A stretch of DNA of 31,008 nt from positions 1 through 31,008 of IMG/VR virus record IMGVR_UViG_3300047561_001431. One strand, 5' to 3'. Made by a program: the position numbers and the translations under genes. Below the pieces are notes generated by a model. That model was not told the origin of the DNA and made no database searches. It saw only the letters and a list, made by a program, of their open reading frames with translations. Origin of the DNA: a virus (taxonomy: Duplodnaviria; Caudoviricetes). Below are positions 18,238-25,136 of the stretch, piece by piece. Numbering within the stretch: position 1 is the first letter of the stretch; each line of letters starts with the position of its first letter.

Positions 18238-18410
18238 TTCTTCTTTTTTTTCTTTAGTCTAGCAGCAGAAGATAATGCTATCGCAATTGCTTGTTTTTTT
18301 GACTTAACAACTGGACCACCCTTACCTGAATGCAACCCACCCTTTTTAAATTCATCCATAACAGAAACTATTTTCTTTTGCTTAGCTGTAGCTTTCTTCT
18401 TTGCTGGCAT
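18234..18410 (-). CDS. Small basic protein, DUF6496-like
   Basis: VMDEFKKGGLHSGKGGPVVKSKKQAIAIALS. Confidence 0.75.
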   Translation of the reverse strand: MPAKKKATAKQKKIVSVMDEFKKGGLHSGKGGPVVKSKKQAIAIALSSAARLKKKKKK

Positions 18411-18415
18411 CACAA

Positions 18416-18538
18416 TCACTTACCTTGTGAAGCTGGAGGAGCAGGAGGAATCTTTTTAAGATCCTGAATATTTACAAAAGAATCCTTAATAGTTTTAAGA
18501 TAATTATTATCTCTAGTATTAGAATTTTTATTAGCCAT
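18416..18538 (-). CDS. 40-aa micro-protein
   Basis: MANKNSNTRDNNYLKTIKDSFVNIQDLKKIPPAPPASQGK*; SD AGGAG; first ORF after the terminator and promoter motif. Confidence 0.6.
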   Translation of the reverse strand: MANKNSNTRDNNYLKTIKDSFVNIQDLKKIPPAPPASQGK

Positions 18539-18569
18539 TATGATACTCCTAATATTTGAACACATTATT

Positions 18570-18578
18570 TATAGTAAT
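18570..18578 (-). promoter_or_regulatory. RTTACTATW motif (ATTACTATAAATA) 32 nt upstream of ATG 18538
   Basis: Lies just downstream of a terminator, at the head of the basic-protein/lysin unit. Confidence 0.55.
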
Positions 18579-18583
18579 CCATT

Positions 18584-18613
18584 AAAAGCAAAAAGAGAGG
18601 CATAAGCCTCTCT
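18584..18613 (-). terminator. Intrinsic terminator
   Basis: Stem AGAGAGGC / GCCTCTCT with 4-nt loop, followed by a T-rich tract on the minus strand. Confidence 0.8.
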
Positions 18614-18637
18614 CAATGCTAATCTATATTTTAAAAA

Positions 18638-18961
18638 TCAATCTTTAACAGGAGGAACTATTTTCTTTGCAGGAGCTTTCTTAGTTGTAGCCTTTGGTCT
18701 ACCCGGTTTCTTCTTTGGCTCTTCAACCACTTCTTCAGCTACAGACACTTTAGAAATCACTAACTCAATTGGCTCTTCTTCAATTTTAATTTCAGATGTA
18801 AAATCTTTTTCTGGCTCAATAATTACATTGATAACATTTTTGTCATCAATATCATGGCCACCAATTTTTTGAGCATCACTGAGAGCGACAGGATTATTTA
18901 CAAATTTATCAATATAAAATAGATATAATTTATCTTTAATTTTTTTAATTGAACTAAACAT
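18638..18961 (-). CDS. Hypothetical protein with acidic middle and K/P/A-rich tail
   Basis: Ends KKKPGRPKATTKKAPAKK...; start 18961 (SD GAGG) or 18973. Confidence 0.7.
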   Translation of the reverse strand: MFSSIKKIKDKLYLFYIDKFVNNPVALSDAQKIGGHDIDDKNVINVIIEPEKDFTSEIKIEEEPIELVISKVSVAEEVVEEPKKKPGRPKATTKKAPAKKIVPPVKD

Positions 18962-19487
18962 TTTTTTCCTCATTATTTTTATTAGGCTTATTTAATTTAA
19001 GTGTATCTATAGAATTATTTGACAATTTAGAATCTATACAATTAACTTTACTTTCTAAGCCATCAACTTTTTGATCTATATGATTATATAAATTTAAAAC
19101 TCTTGTGTCAAGTCTTTCACCTAAGGTATGAATTCTATCTTCAATAACATTGAATTGACTTAATATTCCTTGTGGCTCTTGAAGTCTACTCGGCAAAGCT
19201 TCCCATTGCTCCTTCCACTCAACCAGATCCTTAACAGTATCATGAGTGAATGCAACCATATCAAACAACCTATCTTGTCCTGGCTTTCGATGATTTACAG
19301 CATCATTCACTTCCGCTGAGTGTTTAGCGCTAGATTTAGCATGTTTTTGCGCCATATAACTAAAAAAAGCTGTTATGATAACACCACTTGCAGATATGAG
19401 CGCTAGTATTACAATGACAATAGGTGAATCAGATGAACTGGTCACCTGATTGGTTGTAGTGGCTAAAATTGACAAAGAATTTAGCAT
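18954..19487 (-). CDS. Single-TM membrane protein with coiled-coil (possible holin or lysis accessory)
   Basis: IVIVILALISASGVIITAFFSY helix, EVNDAVNHR, heptad-like C-terminus; start 19487 or 19502. Confidence 0.6.
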   Translation of the reverse strand: MLNSLSILATTTNQVTSSSDSPIVIVILALISASGVIITAFFSYMAQKHAKSSAKHSAEVNDAVNHRKPGQDRLFDMVAFTHDTVKDLVEWKEQWEALPSRLQEPQGILSQFNVIEDRIHTLGERLDTRVLNLYNHIDQKVDGLESKVNCIDSKLSNNSIDTLKLNKPNKNNEEKNV

Positions 19488-19546
19488 AATAATATCGCCC
19501 AAGTGTGTTAAATTATGACAATATAGTAATGTTTTTTACTTAAAAA

Positions 19547-19870
19547 TTAATTCCCTTGTTGAGACTCTTTTATTAGATTATATCTTTCACCTGTCTCTTT
19601 AGCCATTAAAGAAAAAGCATAAGCCGCGGCATCGCGAATAGCTTCTTTTAGGCTATCCTTATCTTCATAAGACATTCCCTCTAAGGGCAAGGTTATACCT
19701 GCATAAACGTCAATATTCTCATAATTTCCGATATTGATTTTTCTATTCACTCCACAAATAAAAATTGGAGCTGAAGAAGTTGATAATATTTCACTACTCA
19801 AATTTGTTACCACCTGATCTAAAGGAGAATCAATTGACTGATCCATTGCTGTTTTACTTATCTTAGGCAT
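19547..19870 (-). CDS. Hypothetical phage protein
   Basis: 107 aa with RKINIGNYENIDV motif; overlaps the upstream stop. Confidence 0.7.
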   Translation of the reverse strand: MPKISKTAMDQSIDSPLDQVVTNLSSEILSTSSAPIFICGVNRKINIGNYENIDVYAGITLPLEGMSYEDKDSLKEAIRDAAAYAFSLMAKETGERYNLIKESQQGN

Positions 19871-20648
19871 AAATACCCATCATCTCATTAACTATATTCA
19901 TAGTCGCCTTGGCCTGCTCAGCAACAGTTAAACTATCTGTATTAATGACCGCCGAAGCCATCCCTTTAATTGTAGAAATCTGCTGCTCTGACTTATGACT
20001 CTTTTGCTCTAATGTCATATGAACGCCATCTCTCTCAAGAATTCTTGCATCACGCACTTCTTCTGAAGCCTCAAAGCAAATAAGTATACCATTATTTTGC
20101 TTAAGAATATGTTCAGCTTCATTGACAAATCTTACATCAGAAATGATAACACAAAAAGAATTAGATTCATGATACAAAGACTCATCTCTAATATAATCTC
20201 TATAAAGTTTATTAGACTTAGCTATCGCCCATCTTGCAAAGCAATCCTCATCTACCTCTCTACATATATCTCCTGCCTTTTGTAGAAAAGATCTTGGCTT
20301 AATATCATCAGCACTGAAGGGGAGAGAATAGATCTTCTTAACTATATCAATCAACACTTCATAATCTGGAACATTACCGATGGGTGACCCACCAAATAAA
20401 TCATATATCACACTATGTAATGAATATAGCTGTCTATCTTTTTCTCTTATGCCACGTATATTTCTTTTAGCAGAAGCCATTTCATATAATGGTAGAGCAA
20501 AGAAAATGTGATCCCATGTCATACCATTAGAACTAGCGTTCATTTGTGCCTGAGGAACTAAGAATTCTGCTACCGAAGTTTTTCCAGTAGCTGCTTCTCC
20601 TGCCAAACCTAAAATTATAGGTTGGTTTGGATCTATTGTTTTTTTCAT
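19863..20648 (-). CDS. Deoxynucleoside monophosphate kinase
   Basis: P-loop GEAATGKTS, FALPL, PRSFLQKAG, IISDVRFVNEA, HKSE. Confidence 0.85.
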   Translation of the reverse strand: MKKTIDPNQPIILGLAGEAATGKTSVAEFLVPQAQMNASSNGMTWDHIFFALPLYEMASAKRNIRGIREKDRQLYSLHSVIYDLFGGSPIGNVPDYEVLIDIVKKIYSLPFSADDIKPRSFLQKAGDICREVDEDCFARWAIAKSNKLYRDYIRDESLYHESNSFCVIISDVRFVNEAEHILKQNNGILICFEASEEVRDARILERDGVHMTLEQKSHKSEQQISTIKGMASAVINTDSLTVAEQAKATMNIVNEMMGIYA

Positions 20649-20654
20649 ATTCAT

Positions 20655-20663
20655 ATTACACCA
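20655..20663 (-). promoter_or_regulatory. Extended -10-like TGGTGTAAT 6 nt before ATG 20648 (candidate leaderless promoter)
   Basis: TGn plus TGTAAT; spacing fits a transcription start at the ATG. Confidence 0.4.
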
Positions 20664-20664
20664 A

Positions 20665-21099
20665 TCACTGTTTGCTAATATTATCTTTACGCTGTTCTAA
20701 TTCATCTAAAAATGTATTTGCTAAGAAATCTGGTTCCCATACAAAGCTTCTATTAACTTGAACAACTCTAAAATTGAATTCTGATCTAATTTCTTCAATA
20801 GTCATCAAAAGAGGGATTAAAGAATCATTTTTACATTTCCACTTACCACTAATATGATTAGCAACTACCGCTGAATCAGTATATATTATAGGATCATATA
20901 GATCACCCATTGAACAAATCAATAGTCCAGCAATAACAGCTTCATATTCTGCCTCATTATTTGTTCTAGGACCTAGACCTCTAGCAAATTGTGCTATCTT
21001 TTTTCTATTTTTATAGACTACTGTAGCACATGCTGCTTCTCCAAACTTTTTTTGACCTTGACCTCTAGATGCTCCATCGCAAAAAACTTCTATATTCAT
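20665..21099 (-). CDS. rnhA: Ribonuclease HI
   Basis: FCDGASRG, TNNEAEYEA, YTDS, EPDFLAN: DEDD tetrad intact. Confidence 0.9.
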   Translation of the reverse strand: MNIEVFCDGASRGQGQKKFGEAACATVVYKNRKKIAQFARGLGPRTNNEAEYEAVIAGLLICSMGDLYDPIIYTDSAVVANHISGKWKCKNDSLIPLLMTIEEIRSEFNFRVVQVNRSFVWEPDFLANTFLDELEQRKDNISKQ

Positions 21100-21101
21100 A
21101 G

Positions 21102-21311
21102 TCAATCAATCTTTACGTTGCATTCAACGCCCTGGTCTTTTGTGGAAGATAATATTCTTTCAAATTGGCTACTAGAACTAACTTGTATTGTTCTATACAA
21201 AAGATATCTTTCCCCCTTATAAACAACCTGTGTTGGAAAATTTAAATCTTCCTTTGTATCAGAATAAAATTCTTTTGAAGACTTTGTATTTTTATAGTGA
21301 GCAATGAACAT
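21102..21311 (-). CDS. Hypothetical protein
   Basis: 69-aa ORF with SD AAGGA, packed in the operon. Confidence 0.7.
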   Translation of the reverse strand: MFIAHYKNTKSSKEFYSDTKEDLNFPTQVVYKGERYLLYRTIQVSSSSQFERILSSTKDQGVECNVKID

Positions 21312-21319
21312 AATAATCC

Positions 21320-21835
21320 TTAATATGTACTGAAGTCAGATTCCATATAGGCACCTTTTTCTTCTCTGAATGAAGCTATCTGCATAGACTGGATTTTATC
21401 CATTAACTTTCTAGCTGACTCAGAAGCAATACGGGCAGATGACTCAAGTGACTCTGCTAGACTCACAATCGCATCACAGGTAACTAAAGCAGTATATTCT
21501 TCTTCTGCCGCCAGAATAGCTGAGGCTTCTCGTTCTGCCTCATTCTTTCCCACTCTATTAGACTTGTAAACCTTTTTATAATTACCTTCAATAATCTTAA
21601 ACTGCGCTCTAGCAATACCAGCAAATCTGGCAGCACGGCCATAAACATTTGAAGTGCGAGCTACCAATGATGCTATTTTATCAAGGCCAAGATCTATAAC
21701 ATCAGACTCAGGTATCTCTACGAAATACTTGCTCTGACTATCCATCTTGCCATATGCATCTATGACTTCTCTAAGCTGTGGTCCTAAAAAATCTCTAAGT
21801 AATTCTTGTAATTTCTCCATTGATTGGAGGTTCAT
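21320..21835 (-). CDS. Helical/coiled-coil hypothetical protein (weakly reminiscent of UvsY-type mediators)
   Basis: Ala-rich helical sequence, GKNEAEREA; ATGA overlap with the sigma gene. Function unverified. Confidence 0.6.
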   Translation of the reverse strand: MNLQSMEKLQELLRDFLGPQLREVIDAYGKMDSQSKYFVEIPESDVIDLGLDKIASLVARTSNVYGRAARFAGIARAQFKIIEGNYKKVYKSNRVGKNEAEREASAILAAEEEYTALVTCDAIVSLAESLESSARIASESARKLMDKIQSMQIASFREEKGAYMESDFSTY

Positions 21836-22683
21836 ACTTGTTTCTCCATCTTAATAAGTGAAGTAAATTCTATCATATCTAACTCTATGATTGCATCCTT
21901 AATCTTGTTTTTAATTTTCGAAAGATGCTCACGTACTGTATTTGGATGTTCATTTATCTTTTGAGATATCTCACTAGACCTTTGTCCATCTACAAATCTC
22001 CACTTGAGAAGTTGCCTTTCTTGAACTGAAAGCCTATCAAATGGGACCATATTTTTTTCTCCCAGAACCCAGAACTCATCTATCTTTTCAGCTGCAAGGA
22101 GCTGCTCAAGACTATATTCAACTGGATCAGCTTTAAATCCTATCACAAAGTTATCATCACTTTCATCCATAGTTGCATCATCTGCTAGCAATGGGAAAGT
22201 TTTCCTTCCAAGCTGATCAATCAAAAATACATCTACGTTCTTTTTAAGAAGATAAAAGAAATAACTATATAAAAATCCACTGAAAGGAATTGGGCCTTTC
22301 CTTTCGTACCTTGTTATGCACTGGAAGAAAGTCATATGAACCGTCTGTCTAATATCTTCCTCATCACAGTACCTCTTTGTCATATAATGTATGCCGCGCA
22401 TACATTCGTTGATATGCTTTAGTTGCATGTTATTCATCTTATTTTTCATAAGAGCAAAACGCACAAAGGGATCTTTTATAAAAAGAGATATAAATCTCCG
22501 AATATCATAGTCATTTAAATTGAATTTCCCATGATGCAATAGCGATACGTATTTGGTTAAAAAGTTATGAAAAACATTCAATAGTTCTTGTTGAGAATTT
22601 TTTAACCCTTTCTTTGCATCAGCTATAAGCGCCTGCATTTCTTCTTCTTCTAAAGAATAATATTGCTCTTTAAAGCTACTCAT
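21832..22683 (-). CDS. Phage-encoded sigma-70-family sigma factor (regions 2 and 4)
   Basis: EEDIRQ...FFQCITRYE...FSGFLYSY (region 2); LSVQERQLLKWRFVDGQRSSEISQKI...TVREHLSKIKNKI (region 4 HTH). Confidence 0.8.
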   Translation of the reverse strand: MSSFKEQYYSLEEEEMQALIADAKKGLKNSQQELLNVFHNFLTKYVSLLHHGKFNLNDYDIRRFISLFIKDPFVRFALMKNKMNNMQLKHINECMRGIHYMTKRYCDEEDIRQTVHMTFFQCITRYERKGPIPFSGFLYSYFFYLLKKNVDVFLIDQLGRKTFPLLADDATMDESDDNFVIGFKADPVEYSLEQLLAAEKIDEFWVLGEKNMVPFDRLSVQERQLLKWRFVDGQRSSEISQKINEHPNTVREHLSKIKNKIKDAIIELDMIEFTSLIKMEKQV

Positions 22684-23246
22684 TTTTTCCCTTCCCAATT
22701 TATAAGATACTTACTGTATGAATCTCTTATGTCCTCATAGAAAACAATATTGGGAATCTCTAAGTCAGCCATAAAGTTTTTAGCTTCATTAGAATACTTG
22801 CTTATCACGCAAGTCATTGAACTAAATTCTTCTGGGAAATATCTCTTAAATCTTTTAAGTTTAATTTTACTTTTATCATCTAAATAACCTTTAATTTCTA
22901 ACCATTCATCTTGAGCTGGAAAATAAAAGTCAGGAGTATAACCTTTCGTTCCTCTCTTTATAGGAAATGGGAAAACTGTAGGCTCAAACTGATATTCAAT
23001 CTTATATATCTGTAATACTCTTACAAAATTTGCTTCCCAACTTGAACGAACACTTAAATCTATATCTTTTCTATATCCAGTTCTAGTATGTTGAAAAGCA
23101 TTACCGGCTTTCCTTTTAAGGATGCCATCGTTTTCCTCTATACCTTTATCGATCTGTCGATTTAATATGTTATTTAAATTTGGATGCTTTTTAAATGGAG
23201 ATTTTTCCAAAAAAAAGTCCATAGAACTTGTTACATTAAGATCCAT
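22680..23246 (-). CDS. PD-(D/E)XK endonuclease (T7 endonuclease I/DUF1064-like)
   Basis: RSSWEANF, YQFEP, YTPDFY, LEIKG. Confidence 0.8.
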   Translation of the reverse strand: MDLNVTSSMDFFLEKSPFKKHPNLNNILNRQIDKGIEENDGILKRKAGNAFQHTRTGYRKDIDLSVRSSWEANFVRVLQIYKIEYQFEPTVFPFPIKRGTKGYTPDFYFPAQDEWLEIKGYLDDKSKIKLKRFKRYFPEEFSSMTCVISKYSNEAKNFMADLEIPNIVFYEDIRDSYSKYLINWEGKK

Positions 23247-23279
23247 TCTGGTATCCTGTCGAACTATAATACTTCAAGT

Positions 23280-23308
23280 ATTATACACCAATTAATAAAA
23301 TTGTTCAA
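23280..23308 (-). promoter_or_regulatory. Sigma70-type promoter TTGAAC-17-TATAAT driving the endonuclease-sigma operon
   Basis: -35 at 23308-23303 and -10 at 23285-23280, with an exact 17-nt spacer. Confidence 0.75.
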
Positions 23309-23313
23309 ATCAT

Positions 23314-23342
23314 TTGACAAGATAACACGAAAGAGATAACAT
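23314..23342 (+). promoter_or_regulatory. Sigma70-type promoter TTGACA-17-TAACAT, leaderless spacing to ATG 23350
   Basis: -35 at 23314-23319, -10 at 23337-23342, then 7 nt to the ATG. Confidence 0.7.
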
Positions 23343-23349
23343 ACAAGCC

Positions 23350-23523
23350 ATGAACACACTTAACACCCTCACCAACAGCATTCTCCAGTCAATCAACGAA
23401 GAGATCATCGATGATCTTGTAAACCTTGGTTTTGACCACGAGGAAGCAGTAAAAGTAGTAACCGAGTATGATGGATTCGATTTCGTTACAGATGCAATGG
23501 ACAATCCGTCAGAGTCATTCTGA
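23350..23523 (+). CDS. 57-aa highly acidic protein; the only convincing plus-strand gene
   Basis: MNTLNTLTNSILQSINEEIIDDLVNLGFDHEEAVKVVTEYDGFDFVTDAMDNPSESF*; own promoter and terminator; many C-ending codons. Confidence 0.8.
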   Translation: MNTLNTLTNSILQSINEEIIDDLVNLGFDHEEAVKVVTEYDGFDFVTDAMDNPSESF

Positions 23524-23541
23524 TATAATTTAAGTCAACAA

Positions 23542-23577
23542 CAGAAAGGCCGGAGGATAATTCCTCCGGCCTTTCTG
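23542..23577. terminator. Probably bidirectional terminator between convergent genes
   Basis: 16-bp perfect stem CAGAAAGGCCGGAGGA / TCCTCCGGCCTTTCTG with loop TAAT. Confidence 0.9.
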
Positions 23578-24372
23578 CTATCTATTTCTATTTCTATTTC
23601 TATAAGCACCTATGCCACAAGCTCCCGACGCTGCATGATCGCAGTAAGAGCAAATTCTACCATTAGAAGTTGGAGTGAAATTAGTATCATTAATAATTTT
23701 ATTGATATTATCAATTACTTTCTGCTTTACTAATTCAATTTCATCTGCAGTGAACGTATGACCTTTTCTTTTTCCGGACCTAAGATAATATAATTCTGCA
23801 TGCACTTCTTTATCAGCAAAAAGAGTAGCAGCTGCAAGGGCATATATCCCAAGCTGTAAATTATTTGGTACTTCCTTAAGAGATACTTCCCATTTCCCAG
23901 TCTTATAGTCAATAATATTGACCCTATCTCCTATGATGTCAACCCTATCAATAAATCCTCTTATTCTATAAGAGCCAATGATTAAATCAAAAGCCATTTC
24001 TTTATCAAATATATTAAATGACTTATCACTGTGCTCATCATAAAACTCATCAAGAATGACTTTCCCAATTTGAATCAGATCATTTGGAATTTTATTATCC
24101 GGATCCCACTCAGGAACGATCTTTTCATATTCATCTTTTAGCTCATCTAAAACAAGTTGTTTATCATTATCTAGAATATTTTCTAATACTTCATGAACAA
24201 TATTCCCTAGAACAGCAGGAGGATTAAATTGTCTTGGTTCTTTTAATACATATGAATAAAAATACTTTGCGGCACAAGAGTTATATGTATCTATTCTTGA
24301 ATAAGAAAAGTCAACAAGAGCTAACTTTTCCAATTCAGAAAGGTCTTCAAAATTTTTAATATCAATACTCAA
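23578..24372 (-). CDS. RecB/Cas4-like PD-(D/E)XK exonuclease
   Basis: SYSRIDTYNSC, GNIVHEVLE, RGFIDRVD, IIDYKTG, QLGIYA, CSYC...C. Confidence 0.9.
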   Translation of the reverse strand: MSIDIKNFEDLSELEKLALVDFSYSRIDTYNSCAAKYFYSYVLKEPRQFNPPAVLGNIVHEVLENILDNDKQLVLDELKDEYEKIVPEWDPDNKIPNDLIQIGKVILDEFYDEHSDKSFNIFDKEMAFDLIIGSYRIRGFIDRVDIIGDRVNIIDYKTGKWEVSLKEVPNNLQLGIYALAAATLFADKEVHAELYYLRSGKRKGHTFTADEIELVKQKVIDNINKIINDTNFTPTSNGRICSYCDHAASGACGIGAYRNRNRNR

Positions 24373-24386
24373 AATAACTCCAATTA

Positions 24387-24548
24387 TTAATTATTAGGAT
24401 CGAAAATAAGATCTCCATTTTCATCATATTCCCGACCAATTTCATCCATCGTATGACGATTATTACTATTAAAAAACCAACCTTCTGCAATAGGTGTCCA
24501 TCCGGTATCACCTATCTCCATAAAGTCATCTTCATTATTTGGAAACAT
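24387..24548 (-). CDS. 53-aa acidic micro-protein
   Basis: MFPNNEDDFMEIGDTGWTPIAEGWFFN...DENGDLIFDPNN*; fills the gap between genes; SD-like GGTGGTG. Confidence 0.6.
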   Translation of the reverse strand: MFPNNEDDFMEIGDTGWTPIAEGWFFNSNNRHTMDEIGREYDENGDLIFDPNN

Positions 24549-24765
24549 ATTCACCACCAACTGATACCTTTATTTCATCATACTTATCTAAATTTAGATA
24601 GTAATCAATGACAGTTCTAATATCTTCTAACTCAACTTTGGTAGCATAAAAACCAACACATCCAGACTGAATAAAAATTTTATCATCATAAACAAAATTT
24701 CCATCTGAATACTCAACTAGTTTTATATCTCCCTTTTCTAAACGGACTGCAATTTGATTTGGCAT
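24535..24765 (-). CDS. Hypothetical protein
   Basis: 76-aa ORF with SD AGGAG. Confidence 0.7.
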   Translation of the reverse strand: MPNQIAVRLEKGDIKLVEYSDGNFVYDDKIFIQSGCVGFYATKVELEDIRTVIDYYLNLDKYDEIKVSVGGEYVSK

Positions 24766-24776
24766 ATATAATTCTC

Positions 24777-25136
24777 CTAATAAAAAGTAATAGGATCCCA
24801 GGTAGGATCATTCATTTTTTCACGCATATCAGCCACATATGAATCCCAGTCTCTTTCATCTTCTGAGACCTTCTCATATTTAACCTCTCCCTTATAAGGG
24901 TCAGATCTAAACTTGGTAATGATTAATCTACCATTTTGCGTTCTCCATCTGAGAGTTCCATTTTTGCAATCGCAGAAATCTTCATCATCAGATTGAATAA
25001 TTAATTTAGGATCATATCTTCCACTGCATCCCTGACATTTAGAATATCTACCCTTGTCCTTGCATCTGTTACAAGAACCACAGAAAGACCAACAAGGCTT
25101 CTCTGCGGGATTAACTACAGGATATTGACCAGACAT
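24777..25136 (-). CDS. Cys-rich hypothetical protein
   Basis: CWSFCGSCNRC, CQGC, CDC; TAATG coupling to dnaE. Confidence 0.7.
   Translation of the reverse strand: MSGQYPVVNPAEKPCWSFCGSCNRCKDKGRYSKCQGCSGRYDPKLIIQSDDEDFCDCKNGTLRWRTQNGRLIITKFRSDPYKGEVKYEKVSEDERDWDSYVADMREKMNDPTWDPITFY

Noticed and set aside
23310-23504. Minus-strand 64-aa ORF
   Set aside because: Antisense to the plus-strand acidic gene, which has promoter, terminator and codon-bias support.
23579-23603. (TCTATT)n microsatellite
   Set aside because: Only about three units, encoding the RNRNRNR tail of the nuclease; no sign of phase variation.
23578-24372. Cas4-like nuclease as a sign of CRISPR-Cas
   Set aside because: No repeat-spacer array or cas1/cas2 seen; solo Cas4/RecB-like nucleases are common in phages.
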